Assembly: GCA_035561095.1 (NCBI GenBank)
Contig: DATMYE010000022.1
Coordinates: forward strand, 25,426 to 89,425
Direction: 5' to 3'
Length of the DNA stretch: 64,000 bases
From: Clostridia bacterium
Lineage (GTDB): Bacteria; Bacillota; Clostridia; Christensenellales; CAG-138
Below are positions 1 to 9,302 of the stretch, one piece after another (positions within the stretch are counted from its first letter, which is position 1; every line of letters begins with the position of its first letter). The notes below the pieces were generated by a model that made no database searches, was not told where the DNA came from, and saw only the letters and a list, made by a program, of their open reading frames with translations. A program made the translations under genes and the position numbers.

Positions 1-203
1 TCACGAGAAGCGCGCAGATTCGCGTGTTGCGCGACAGCGTCGTGATCCACGAAGGCAAGATTAGCTCGCTCAAGCGCTTTAAGGACGACGCGAAGGAAGT
101 CCTCACGAGCTTCGAGTGCGGCATCGGCATCGACGGCTTCAACGATCTGCAGGAAGGTGACGTCATCGAAGCCTTCGTGATGGAAGAGGTCAAGAGAACC
201 TAA
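1..203 (+). CDS. infB: translation initiation factor IF-2, C-terminal fragment (5' end outside window)
   Basis: Frame from nt 3 reads ...[54 protein letters not shown], the conserved IF-2 C-terminal tail. TAA at 201-203. rbfA follows as in infB-rbfA operons. Confidence 0.85.
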   Translation, partial: TRSAQIRVLRDSVVIHEGKISSLKRFKDDAKEVLTSFECGIGIDGFNDLQEGDVIEAFVMEEVKRT

Positions 204-307
204 AGGCGGAATTATGATTGCGCGAATCTTTCTCTAAGAAGTCAAGCGCACATAATTCGAGAAACTGGATTCGGCCGCCGGGCGCGCGCCGGGCGGAGGA
301 GGCTACT

Positions 308-715
308 ATGGCAACGTTTCGCGCAGACCGCAGAAACGAAGAAGTTAAAAAAACGATCAGCGAAGTCATCCGCGAGATGAAGGATCCCCGAATCTCGCCG
401 ATGACCGCGCTGACCGAGGTCGAGGTCACAAAGGATCTCAAATATGCAAAGGTTAAGGTCTCCGTCTATGATGACGACGAGAAGAAGCGCATTTCCAGCG
501 TGGAAGCGCTCAATCATGCGTCGGGATTCATCTCCCACGAGCTGGGGATGCGGATGCGAATCCGCGCGGTGCCGAGCATCAAATTCATGCTCGACAACAC
601 GATTGCCTACAGCGTGCGCATCTCGGAGATCCTGAACGAGCTTCATAAATCGGACGCAGCCGCGGAGAAGCCCGCGGAAGAAACCGAACAGGACGCGAAA
701 GCCGGGAAGGAGTGA
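308..715 (+). CDS. rbfA: ribosome-binding factor A
   Basis: MATFRADRRNEEVKKTISEVIREMKDPRI...EVEVTKDLKYAKVKVSV is typical RbfA. ATG 308 is preceded by GGAGGAGG. The track ORF start at 218 is an upstream extension. Confidence 0.9.
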   Translation: MATFRADRRNEEVKKTISEVIREMKDPRISPMTALTEVEVTKDLKYAKVKVSVYDDDEKKRISSVEALNHASGFISHELGMRMRIRAVPSIKFMLDNTIAYSVRISEILNELHKSDAAAEKPAEETEQDAKAGKE

Positions 716-720
716 CGGGC

Positions 721-1683
721 ATGCTGCAGGACGCCGTCCGTTTTTTACGGACGTATGATGATATTCTGCTGATTGCGCATGTCTCTCCGGATGGCGACAC
801 GCTCGGCTGCGCCTTTGCGCTCTACGGTGCTCTGCTGGAGCTGGGCAAGCACGCAAAGGTGGTCTGCGAAGACCCCGTGCCGGCGATCTATCGCTTTCTT
901 CCGTTTGCCGATCAACTCATACCGCCCGAGCAGGCACACCCTGCCGAGGCGGTTGTTTGCGTGGATTGCGCGGATCTGGGCAGAACCGGACGCTGCGAAC
1001 CGCTGTTTCAGGCGGCGAAAGCCACGCTCAACATCGACCACCACGGCACGAACGACCGATATGCCGACAACAACTATGTCCAGAAAGCGGGAGCGACGGG
1101 CGAGCTGATCTTCAACGTGATCACGTGCCTCAAGATCACGCTCAACAAGAACATCGCAAGCTGCCTGTACGCGGCCATCACGACCGACACGGGCAACTTC
1201 TCCTATAGCAACACCACGTCGCAGACCATGCGCATTGCGGCGGATATCCTCGACACGGGCATCGACCTGCCGTATCTCAACCGCTGCCTGTTCCGTACGG
1301 TGCCGTTTCACAAGCTGAAGCTGCATGCACTCGGCGTCAACAAAGCGCAGCTCTATGAATACGGGCGCATCGGCATCTCCTACATTACACTGGAGGAAAT
1401 CGCTTCCTGCGGCGCGACCAACGAGGATACGGAAGGCATCATCGACTCCATCCGCGATATCGATACGGTCGAGGTCGCGGCGCTGCTGCGCGAGAGCGAG
1501 GACGGACTGATTCGCGTCAGCCTCCGAGGCAAAACCTGTGCTGACGTGAGCAAGATCGCGACCCAGCTCGGCGGCGGCGGACACCGCCTCGCCGCGGGCT
1601 GCACCATGCAGCCGCCGATCGAACAGGCTGCGGCGCAGATTCTGGCGCTCGCCAAAGAGCTGCTGCTCGGGTCCTGTGAGTAA
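721..1683 (+). CDS. nrnA: DHH/DHHA1 family phosphoesterase (NrnA-like oligoribonuclease/pAp phosphatase)
   Basis: Motifs HVSPDGDTLG, NIDHHGTN and GGGGHRLAAG. ATG 721 lies 8 nt after GGAAGGAG. Conserved rbfA-nrnA-truB order. Confidence 0.8.
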   Translation: MLQDAVRFLRTYDDILLIAHVSPDGDTLGCAFALYGALLELGKHAKVVCEDPVPAIYRFLPFADQLIPPEQAHPAEAVVCVDCADLGRTGRCEPLFQAAKATLNIDHHGTNDRYADNNYVQKAGATGELIFNVITCLKITLNKNIASCLYAAITTDTGNFSYSNTTSQTMRIAADILDTGIDLPYLNRCLFRTVPFHKLKLHALGVNKAQLYEYGRIGISYITLEEIASCGATNEDTEGIIDSIRDIDTVEVAALLRESEDGLIRVSLRGKTCADVSKIATQLGGGGHRLAAGCTMQPPIEQAAAQILALAKELLLGSCE

Positions 1684-1684
1684 T

Positions 1685-2551
1685 ATGGACGGTATCGTCA
1701 CCGTCCTCAAAACGCCGGGCATGACCTCCAGCAACGTCGTATTCGACGCAAGGAAAATCTTCGGCGAAAAACACGCGGGGCATCTTGGCACGCTCGATCC
1801 CGCTGCTGCGGGTGTGTTGCCTGTCTGCCTCGGCCGCGCGACGCGATTGTTTGACATCCTCGTCGACAAGGACAAGGAATACGTCTTTGAGTGCGTCTTC
1901 GGCATCCAGACCGATACGCAGGACGCCACGGGCACCGTCATCGCGCGCGACAACAGGCGCGTGAGTCGGGAAGAACTCGCGGCAATCTTGCCGGAGTTTG
2001 TCGGCGGGCAGATGCAGACGGCCTCGATCTATTCCGCGCTCAAGGTCGACGGCAAGAAGATGTACGATCTGGCCCGTGCGGGAGAGACCGTAGAACCCAA
2101 GGTGCGCGAAATCTGCGTGTACGAGCTGGAGCTCGTCGAGCAGACGGGGAAGAACCGATTCCTGCTGCGCGCGATGTGCTCGCGGGGAACGTATGTGCGC
2201 TCGCTCTGCGAGAGCATTGCGGAGCGTCTCGGTACGGTGGGGTATGTCTCCATCCTGCTGCGCACGAAGAGCGGGCCTTTCACGAGCGAACGAGCGTTCA
2301 CCATTGCGGAGCTGGACGCGGCAAAGGAAGCGGGCACGCTCATGCAAACGTTACTGTCCTGTGAAGAGGCGATGGCGTTTCTGCCGGAGCTCCGGCTGGA
2401 GCCGGACCGCATGACACCGACCAAGAATGGGCTTGAAACGCATGTGAAGGGACTTTCAGACGGACTTGTCCGCGCCTATGCGCAGGACATGTTCCTCGGC
2501 ATCGGCGAGATCCGCAGCGAGCGGTTTCGCCTGACGATTCATCTCTATTAA
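1685..2551 (+). CDS. truB: tRNA pseudouridine(55) synthase
   Basis: MDGIVTVLKTPGMTSSNVV...GHLGTLDPAAAGVLPVCLGRATRL carries the TruB catalytic Asp motif. GTG 1676 is an alternative start. Confidence 0.9.
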   Translation: MDGIVTVLKTPGMTSSNVVFDARKIFGEKHAGHLGTLDPAAAGVLPVCLGRATRLFDILVDKDKEYVFECVFGIQTDTQDATGTVIARDNRRVSREELAAILPEFVGGQMQTASIYSALKVDGKKMYDLARAGETVEPKVREICVYELELVEQTGKNRFLLRAMCSRGTYVRSLCESIAERLGTVGYVSILLRTKSGPFTSERAFTIAELDAAKEAGTLMQTLLSCEEAMAFLPELRLEPDRMTPTKNGLETHVKGLSDGLVRAYAQDMFLGIGEIRSERFRLTIHLY

Positions 2552-2616
2552 GAAACAACGGTTTCATCATGATTTCTCTTGGTGACGCCCGATTTATTCA
2601 GAAACAACGGTTCATC
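2546..2616 (+). repeat. 22/23-nt direct repeat spanning the truB stop and the truB-ribF spacer
   Basis: TATTAAGAAACAACGGTTTCATC (2546-2568) and TATTCAGAAACAACGGTTCATC (2595-2616). Copy 1 contains the GAAAC-AACG-GTTTC mini-hairpin. Confidence 0.8.
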
Positions 2617-2654
2617 CGGATTCGTTCGGATTGGGCCCGATATTGAAGGTAAGT

Positions 2655-3539
2655 ATGGCAGTATTGCAACCCGCCGTCGTCGCGCTCGGCATGTTTGACG
2701 GCGTACATCTTGGACACAGGGCGCTGATTACCCGCTTGCTCGAAGAAGCGAAGCGGCTGCGCGCCGTGCCTGTCGTTTTCACGTTTTCCAACCATCCGCT
2801 GGAGGTGCTCGGCGGAAACGTCCGCATGATCTCCGGCATCCGGGAGCGCAACATGATGCTGCGCTCGCTCGGCGCGGAAGAGGTTGAGAGCGTGCCCTTT
2901 ACGCGCGAGATGGCGCACCTGAGCACGGAGCAGTTCATCGACCTGCTGAACGAAAAATGGAATGTGCGCGGGCTCGTCGTCGGCTACAACTACACCTGCG
3001 GAGACCGCGGCACCGGTACGCCGGAGACGCTGCGGGACATCGGCGGCGAGCGCGGTTTTTCCGTCTCCGTGGTCGATCCCGTGCTGTTTGAAGGGGAACC
3101 TGTCTCCAGCACGCGTATCCGCGAGGCGGTGGAGCGCGGCGACGTAACACTTGCGGAAGCGCTGCTCAAGCGGCGCTATACGCTCACGGGAACCGTCGTG
3201 CAGAATAAGCGCATCGGCAGGCGCATCGGCTTTCCGACTGCTAACATCGAGGCGGATCTGCGGCGCGTGATTCCGGCGGACGGCGTTTACGCAACGTTTG
3301 CCTTCGTCGGCGGGGTTGTGTACCGCGCGGTGACCAACATCGGCACAAACCCCACGGTGCACGGAACCAGACTGACCATCGAGACACACATTCTCGACTT
3401 CAACGCCGATATCTACGGCCAGCAGCTGACCATCGCGTTTCGCAAGCGCCTGCGCGGCGAGGCGATGTTTGATTCACTGGACGCGCTTAAGGAGCAGATT
3501 CGGCTCGACGTGGAAGCGGCCTCGGCATATCGGGACTGA
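2655..3539 (+). CDS. ribF: bifunctional riboflavin kinase / FMN adenylyltransferase
   Basis: MAVLQPAVVALGMFDGVHLGHRALI... and C-terminal GFPTANI...THILDF riboflavin kinase motifs. ATG 2655 follows GAAGG. Confidence 0.9.
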   Translation: MAVLQPAVVALGMFDGVHLGHRALITRLLEEAKRLRAVPVVFTFSNHPLEVLGGNVRMISGIRERNMMLRSLGAEEVESVPFTREMAHLSTEQFIDLLNEKWNVRGLVVGYNYTCGDRGTGTPETLRDIGGERGFSVSVVDPVLFEGEPVSSTRIREAVERGDVTLAEALLKRRYTLTGTVVQNKRIGRRIGFPTANIEADLRRVIPADGVYATFAFVGGVVYRAVTNIGTNPTVHGTRLTIETHILDFNADIYGQQLTIAFRKRLRGEAMFDSLDALKEQIRLDVEAASAYRD

Positions 3540-3719
3540 TCAACGGGGCAGATACCAAGCATGCAGATGATATATTGGTCAAAAACATGCATGCGGTTGT
3601 TTACAATTCACCCCGGATATGCTATCCTATAAAAGCATTCAAATGCCGTTTACCGGGATATGCGACACTCCGACGCATTTCTCAGTTCACGGGAAAGAGA
3701 AAAAAGGAGAAAGAAACCC

Positions 3720-3977
3720 ATGACTAAGACGGAAACCATCGAAAAGTTCGCCCTCCATGAAGGCGACACCGGCTCTCCCGAAGTGCAGATCGCGCTTCTG
3801 ACCGAGCGCATCAACCACCTCAACGAGCACCTGAAGCTGCACCAGAAGGATCACCACTCCCGCCGCGGCCTGCTCAAGATGGTCGGTCAGCGCAGAGGCC
3901 TTCTGAACTACCTCAAGGAGAAGGACATCGAACGCTACAGAGCGATCGCTGCCAGCCTGAACATCCGTATCAAGTAA
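3720..3977 (+). CDS. rpsO: 30S ribosomal protein S15
   Basis: [59 protein letters not shown] is canonical S15. SD AAAGGAGAAAG lies upstream. Confidence 0.95.
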   Translation: MTKTETIEKFALHEGDTGSPEVQIALLTERINHLNEHLKLHQKDHHSRRGLLKMVGQRRGLLNYLKEKDIERYRAIAASLNIRIK

Positions 3978-3982
3978 GAGAA

Positions 3983-4010
3983 AAGGCGGGGTTGTTCCCG
4001 CCTTTCTTTC
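3983..4010 (+). terminator. rho-independent terminator after rpsO
   Basis: AAGGCGGG-GTTGTT-CCCGCCTT hairpin followed by a T-rich tail (TCTTTC). Confidence 0.75.
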
Positions 4011-4128
4011 TATTCTCTTTCACACAACGGCACGACAAAAAAGGCCATATCGCAAGAGCGTTTATGGCGAAATTGCAAATGATCCGCGTATTTGTACCAT
4101 TCCAAGTATTTTTTGCTCATTCTGCGGA

Positions 4129-4155
4129 TTGATTTGCCCTGAAATTGGTTATAAT
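4129..4155 (+). promoter_or_regulatory. candidate promoter for pnp
   Basis: TTGATT (4129-4134), 15-nt spacer, TATAAT (4150-4155). The spacer is short, so this is tentative. Confidence 0.35.
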
Positions 4156-4195
4156 AAAAAAGAAGATAAAGAAGAAGAAGGAGCAAACAAATACT

Positions 4196-6292
4196 ATGGA
4201 AAGAAACTTCCAGATGCAGCTTGGCGGCAAGACGCTCATCGTCGAAACCGGCAAGTACGCCGAACAGGCGGGCGGAAGCGCACTCGTCCGCTTGGGCGAT
4301 ACCGCGGTGCTGGTCTGCGCGACGATCGCAAAGACCGCGCGTGACGGCGTGGATTTTCTGCCGCTTTCGGTGGAATATCAGGAAAAACTCTACTCGGTGG
4401 GCAAGATCCCCGGCGGATTCATCAAACGTGAAGGCCGCCCGACCGACCGCGCGATCTTAAGTTCGCGCTTGATTGATCGTCCGCTGCGTCCGCTGTTCCC
4501 CAAAGGATTCTATAACGACGTGCAGGTGGTTGCCACCGTCATGTCCGTAGAGCAGGACGTTCAACCGGAAATCCTCGCGATGATCGGTTCCTCCGTCGTG
4601 CTCGCCATCAGCGAAGCGCCGTTCTCCGGACCCACGGGTTCCGTCGCAGTCGGCATGATCGATGGCCAGTACATCATCAACCCCGACGTTGCGCAACGCG
4701 AAAAGAGCAGCCTCAGCCTCGTGGTCGCGGGCACCAAGGACGCGGTCATGATGGTCGAGTCCGGCGCGAACGAAATCTCCGAAGAAGAGATGCTGAACGC
4801 CATCCTCTTTGCGCACGAAGAGATCAAAAAGATCGTCAGCTTCATCGCGGACATCGAAGCCCAGATCGGCAAAGCAAAGCTCGAGCCGGTGATCTATCAC
4901 CCCAACGAAGAGCTTGAAGCAAAAGTCCGCGCCTATGCGTTTGACAAAGTCGTCTGGTCGCTGGATACCTTTGACCGCTCCGAGCGCGAAGTGCGCGGAG
5001 ACCAGATCAAAGCGGAGACCGTTGAGGCCTTCAAAGAAGAATATCTCGATTCCGCAAAGGACATCGGCGCGATTCTTTACACCATCACCAAAGAAGTCGT
5101 TCGCGACAAGATCATCAACAAGAAGATTCGTCCCGACGGACGCGCGCAGGATGAGATCCGCCCCATCTGGAGCGAGGTCGGTATCTTTGGCCGTACGCAC
5201 GGCAGCGCGGTGTTCACCCGCGGACAGACGCAGGTCATGACCATCGCCACACTCGGCACGATCTCCGAAGCGCAGTCCCTCGACGGACTTTCTCTCGAAG
5301 AGAGCAAGCGCTATATGCACCAGTATAATATGCCGCCGTACAGCGTCGGTGAAGCCAAGCCCATGCGCGGCGTCGGCCGCCGCGAAATCGGCCACGGCGC
5401 TCTTGCTGAGCGCGCGCTGGAACCGGTGCTTCCGAGCGAAGCGGAGTTCCCGTACTGCATGCGCCTCGTGAGCGAGGTCATCAGCTCCAACGGCTCCACC
5501 TCGCAGGCCTCCATCTGCGCCAGCACGCTGGCACTGCTGGATGCGGGCGTCCCGATCAAGAAGTCCGTCGCGGGCGTCGCGATGGGTCTGATCAAGGACG
5601 ACTCCACCGGCAACATCGCGATCCTGACCGACATCCAGGGCCTCGAGGACTTCCTCGGCGACATGGACTTCAAAGTCGCGGGCACGCGTGACGGCATCAC
5701 CGCCATCCAGATGGACATCAAGATCAAGGGCATCAACCGCGAAATCCTCACCCGCGCGCTCGAACAGGCGCGCAAGGGCCGCATGTTCATCCTCGACGAG
5801 ATGGACAAGACCCTGCGTGAGCCGCACGCGGAGCTCTCACCCTACGCGCCGCGCATCATCACCTTCAAGATCAATCCCGACAAGATCCGCGAAGTTATCG
5901 GCAGCGGCGGCAAGGTCATCAACAAAATCATTGCCGATACCGGCGTGAAGATCGACATCGAGGACGACGGCACGGTCTACATTGCCTCTCCCGATGCAAC
6001 TGCCGCGGCGGAAGCCAAGCGAATCATCGACGGCATCGTCAAAGAGATCGAAGTCGGCGACGTCTACCTTGGCAGCGTGGTCGGCATCAAGGACTTTGGC
6101 GCGTTCATCAACCTCAAACCCGGCACGGACGGCCTCTTACACATCTCCCGCATCGCAAACAAGCGCGTGGAGAAGGTGGAAGACGTGCTCTCCATGGGCG
6201 AGCAGGTGCTGGTCCGCGTCATCGACATCGACCCCAAGACCGGCAAGATCAGCCTGACCCGCAAGGACATGCTGCCGCCGGAAAAGGAATAA
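4196..6292 (+). CDS. pnp: polyribonucleotide nucleotidyltransferase (PNPase)
   Basis: [31 protein letters not shown]..., two RNase PH domains, then KH ([12 protein letters not shown]) and S1 ([18 protein letters not shown]) domains. ATG 4196 follows AAGGAG. Confidence 0.95.
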   Translation: MERNFQMQLGGKTLIVETGKYAEQAGGSALVRLGDTAVLVCATIAKTARDGVDFLPLSVEYQEKLYSVGKIPGGFIKREGRPTDRAILSSRLIDRPLRPLFPKGFYNDVQVVATVMSVEQDVQPEILAMIGSSVVLAISEAPFSGPTGSVAVGMIDGQYIINPDVAQREKSSLSLVVAGTKDAVMMVESGANEISEEEMLNAILFAHEEIKKIVSFIADIEAQIGKAKLEPVIYHPNEELEAKVRAYAFDKVVWSLDTFDRSEREVRGDQIKAETVEAFKEEYLDSAKDIGAILYTITKEVVRDKIINKKIRPDGRAQDEIRPIWSEVGIFGRTHGSAVFTRGQTQVMTIATLGTISEAQSLDGLSLEESKRYMHQYNMPPYSVGEAKPMRGVGRREIGHGALAERALEPVLPSEAEFPYCMRLVSEVISSNGSTSQASICASTLALLDAGVPIKKSVAGVAMGLIKDDSTGNIAILTDIQGLEDFLGDMDFKVAGTRDGITAIQMDIKIKGINREILTRALEQARKGRMFILDEMDKTLREPHAELSPYAPRIITFKINPDKIREVIGSGGKVINKIIADTGVKIDIEDDGTVYIASPDATAAAEAKRIIDGIVKEIEVGDVYLGSVVGIKDFGAFINLKPGTDGLLHISRIANKRVEKVEDVLSMGEQVLVRVIDIDPKTGKISLTRKDMLPPEKE

Positions 6293-6316
6293 GTTCCGAA
6301 GCGAAGCACAAAACGG

Positions 6317-6344
6317 GGCGCGGCGGCAACGCCGCGCCTTTCTT
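6317..6344 (+). terminator. rho-independent terminator after pnp
   Basis: GGCGCGGCG-GCAA-CGCCGCGCC stem-loop followed by TTTCTT. Confidence 0.8.
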
Positions 6345-6379
6345 ATGTATCAAGCATACTCGCGCGCGGGACGGATTTA

Positions 6380-6388
6380 TGGTAAAAT
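6380..6388 (+). promoter_or_regulatory. candidate extended -10 promoter element for the M16 peptidase gene
   Basis: TGgTAAAAT (TGn plus TAAAAT) about 40 nt upstream of ATG 6429. No good -35. Confidence 0.3.
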
Positions 6389-6428
6389 ACAAAATTGCAA
6401 GCATCGCGCGGGAAAGGAACCGAAACAC

Positions 6429-7691
6429 ATGATCAAACAGCACACCCTGCCAAACGGCATCCGCCTGATCCACGAGAAGATGGAGCACGTCCGCTCCGTG
6501 GCGATGGGCGTTTGGGTGGATACCGGTTCCGTCCGCGAGACCGATGAGACCGCGGGCGCCTCGCACCTCATCGAGCACATGGTGTTCAAGGGAACCGAGC
6601 GCAGAAACGCGGAGCAGATCGCAATCGAGATGGATGCCATCGGCGGCAACATCAACGCCTACACAAGCAAGGAGAACACCTGCTTTTACGCAAAGGTGCT
6701 GGACGAGCACCTCGATCTCGTCTCCGACGTGCTTTCGGATATCACGTTTCACAGCGTGTTTGACCCCGAAGAGCTGAAAAAAGAGCAGGGCGTCGTGCTC
6801 GAAGAAATCCTGATGAACGAGGATAGTCCGGAAGACCTCTCCGGCGAGGAGAGCAACATGCTCTTCTTCGGCGACGAGGCGCTGGCGAGCCCGATCCTCG
6901 GCAGCAAACAGAGCGTACAAGCGTTCACGCGCGAGTCGCTGCTTGCCTACAAAAATGAATTTTACGTGCCTAACAACATCGTGGTCTCCGTTGCGGGCAA
7001 CTTCGAGGAGCAGGCACTGGTCGACTCCGTGACGAAGTGGTTCGACATTCCCGCTTCCCCGCGCGCGACGACACCGATTTTGCAGCGCTTTCCCGGCGGC
7101 AAGCGCGAGAAGTTCGTTGAAAAAGACGTCGAACAGGTACATATCTGCATCACGCTGCCCGGCTTTGCGCGGGACAGCGAGGGGCAATATCCGCTCGCGG
7201 TGCTCTCCAACATCATCGGCGGAAGCATGAGCTCGCGGCTGTTCCAGACGATCCGTGAAAAACTCGGTCTTGCGTACTCGGTCTATTCGTATCCCACGAG
7301 CTATACGGGCACCGGCACGCTGACGCTCTACGCCGGAACCGGCGAGAAGCAGGCGAAGGAAGTGCTCAGCCGCATGCTCGAGGAGCTGGAACGTGTCCGC
7401 AAGGACGGCGTGACGAAGGACGAGCTCGACCGCTGCCGCGACCAGCTGAAAGGTAGCTACCTGCTTGGTATGGAGTCCAGCAGCTCGCGCATGAACGCGC
7501 TGGGTAAGACGCTGCTGTTACAAAAACGTGAATATAGCGAGCAGGAGACCCTGCGCAGAATCGAATGTGTTACAATGGATGATATTGAACGGATTCTGCC
7601 TGTATGTCTCGATGTTCAGCAGGCGAGCACCGCGCTCGTCGGCCGCGTGAAGAAACAGAAGGCCGCGCTGCAGGAAGCGATTCGCGGATAA
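6429..7691 (+). CDS. M16 family (insulinase/pitrilysin-like) zinc peptidase
   Basis: HxxEH zinc motif in GASHLIEHMVFKGTERR. Occupies the pnp-downstream position of ymxG/mlpA-type peptidases. ATG 6429 follows GAAAGGA. Confidence 0.85.
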   Translation: MIKQHTLPNGIRLIHEKMEHVRSVAMGVWVDTGSVRETDETAGASHLIEHMVFKGTERRNAEQIAIEMDAIGGNINAYTSKENTCFYAKVLDEHLDLVSDVLSDITFHSVFDPEELKKEQGVVLEEILMNEDSPEDLSGEESNMLFFGDEALASPILGSKQSVQAFTRESLLAYKNEFYVPNNIVVSVAGNFEEQALVDSVTKWFDIPASPRATTPILQRFPGGKREKFVEKDVEQVHICITLPGFARDSEGQYPLAVLSNIIGGSMSSRLFQTIREKLGLAYSVYSYPTSYTGTGTLTLYAGTGEKQAKEVLSRMLEELERVRKDGVTKDELDRCRDQLKGSYLLGMESSSSRMNALGKTLLLQKREYSEQETLRRIECVTMDDIERILPVCLDVQQASTALVGRVKKQKAALQEAIRG

Positions 7692-7744
7692 CAGCCCCTT
7701 TTCGATCAGAACAAACCCTTTTCAGACCGGACGGAGGACGCAAC

Positions 7745-8116
7745 TTGGATAAGCTGGACGTGATTTTTGAGCTGCAGCAATCGCTGAACGACGATATCGA
7801 AGCGCGCAGAAGTATCAACTTTTCCCGTGAAGAGTGGATGCAGAAGGAAGTGCTCGCCATGATTTTGGAGCTTTCCGAGGTGCTGGACGAAGTGAACTTC
7901 AAGTGGTGGAAGAACCCGAAAGCGGTCGACGATGCAGCGCTCAAGGGCGAGCTTGTGGACGTGCTGCACTTCTTTGTGAGCATGTGCCTCAAGAGCGGCA
8001 TGACCGCGGAGGAACTCTTCTCTCTCTATAAAGCGAAGAACCAGGAAAATTTTGACCGGCAGTACGGCAGGTCGCAAAAACAGGGTTACGAAGTCGGTGG
8101 TGAAACGAATGGCTAA
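7745..8116 (+). CDS. dimeric (all-alpha, MazG-like) dUTP diphosphatase family protein
   Basis: LDKLDVIFELQQSLNDDI...LELSEVLDEVNFKWWKNPK...ELVDVLHFFVSMCL resembles the dUTPase_2 / all-alpha NTP-PPase family. TTG 7745 lies 6 nt after GGAGGA. Confidence 0.6.
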   Translation: MDKLDVIFELQQSLNDDIEARRSINFSREEWMQKEVLAMILELSEVLDEVNFKWWKNPKAVDDAALKGELVDVLHFFVSMCLKSGMTAEELFSLYKAKNQENFDRQYGRSQKQGYEVGGETNG

Positions 8117-9302
8117 GTCGAAAGTGCGTCTCAAAGGCCGCTTTTTTATGATGATATTGATCCTCGTTGGCTTCATCGCGCTGGTGGCTGTCGTCGCCAA
8201 CGCGCTGAAGAAGACCGGCGAGATCGAGTTCGGTTCGCTTGGCGCAGACCTTGAGGTGACTGCGGCGATCATCCGCGACGAGAAGGTGATCATGTCCGAA
8301 CCGTACGAGAAGATCACGTTCGACGTGGTCGAGGGCGAGACGGTCAACAACGATCAGGTCATCGCGCAGCTCTATAAGCGCGGCTACCAGGACGAGACCA
8401 TGGTCACGTTGCTGAACCTGCAGAAGCAGATTTATGAATACCAGATGCAGCTGCTCGGCGGACAGGAACCGCAGGAGCTGCTGGATTTGAACAACAGCAT
8501 CAATGAAGTCGAAAAGCAGATTCGCGCGGTTTCCCGCGGACAGAGCACGCTGGACATGCTGGATCTGGAGCAGACGCTCAAAGATCTCGAAAGCCAGCGC
8601 GTCACACTGATGCAAACCATCGTGACGCCCGACACCACCTTGACCCAGCTCTACAACGACCTCAAGACACAGCAAAACGTCATGAGCGGCTGGAAGCGGG
8701 ACATCAAGAACACCTCTGGCACGGGCATCGTGAGTTTTTATTTTGACGGCTACGAGCAGGTGCTCAGCGTCAACAAGCTTTCGACGATCAACTCCGCGCT
8801 GGTGAAAACCGTTGTCAACGGCGGCAACACCGCAAAGAACGCGGAATCAACCAGCGAGGTGCCGCTCTACCGCATCATCAACAATACGCATTGGTTCATC
8901 GCCTTTGTCACCAGCGCGACAGACCCCATGCGCCTTGCGGAAGGCGAGCAGTATAGCGTGCTGTTCCAGAACTATTCCGACCAGCAGTTTACGGCGACCG
9001 CGCGTGCAAGCCAGGTTTCCGAAAACGCGGTTGTCAACGTTCTGGAGTTCAATACCGACATCGGAAAACTCATCGGCACCCGCACGGTTGCCGCGACCAT
9101 CAGCAAGTCCGCGCAGGGCATGGTCGTGCCGCTCAAGGCGATTGAGATCGTCGCGGGAGTTCCGGGCATTAACATTGCATATGGCGATTCCGTGCTCCGC
9201 GTCGAGGTCGATATCCTCGCGCAGGACACGAAAAAGGCGGTCATCCGCGCGCATAACGCCTCGGATAATCTCACCGCCGGAATGAAGTACCTCAAGCCAT
9301 GA
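8109..9302 (+). CDS. HlyD/membrane-fusion-protein-like single-pass membrane protein (orphan adaptor)
   Basis: N-terminal TM (FFMMILILVGFIALVAVVANAL), split lipoyl-like segments flanking a roughly 100-aa coiled coil, and a C-terminal beta-barrel-like region. ATG 8109 overlaps the upstream stop (ATGGCTAA). Confidence 0.6.
   Translation: MAKSKVRLKGRFFMMILILVGFIALVAVVANALKKTGEIEFGSLGADLEVTAAIIRDEKVIMSEPYEKITFDVVEGETVNNDQVIAQLYKRGYQDETMVTLLNLQKQIYEYQMQLLGGQEPQELLDLNNSINEVEKQIRAVSRGQSTLDMLDLEQTLKDLESQRVTLMQTIVTPDTTLTQLYNDLKTQQNVMSGWKRDIKNTSGTGIVSFYFDGYEQVLSVNKLSTINSALVKTVVNGGNTAKNAESTSEVPLYRIINNTHWFIAFVTSATDPMRLAEGEQYSVLFQNYSDQQFTATARASQVSENAVVNVLEFNTDIGKLIGTRTVAATISKSAQGMVVPLKAIEIVAGVPGINIAYGDSVLRVEVDILAQDTKKAVIRAHNASDNLTAGMKYLKP

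Noticed and set aside
745-1953. 402-aa minus-strand ORF antisense to nrnA/truB, plus the other short overlapping ORFs across 190-2570
   Set aside because: The plus-strand genes carry DHH/DHHA1 and TruB signatures. The antisense frames are artefacts.
2552-2654. Possible FMN riboswitch upstream of ribF
   Set aside because: About 100 nt is too short for the FMN element of about 140 nt and six helices. None of its conserved segments is visible, and ribF is not a usual FMN-riboswitch target.
7694-7730. CCCTTTTC(GAT)CAGA short direct repeat between the M16 peptidase gene and the dUTPase-like gene
   Set aside because: Only about 12 nt match, with an indel. There is no associated stem or promoter. 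It is indistinguishable from chance in a short spacer.
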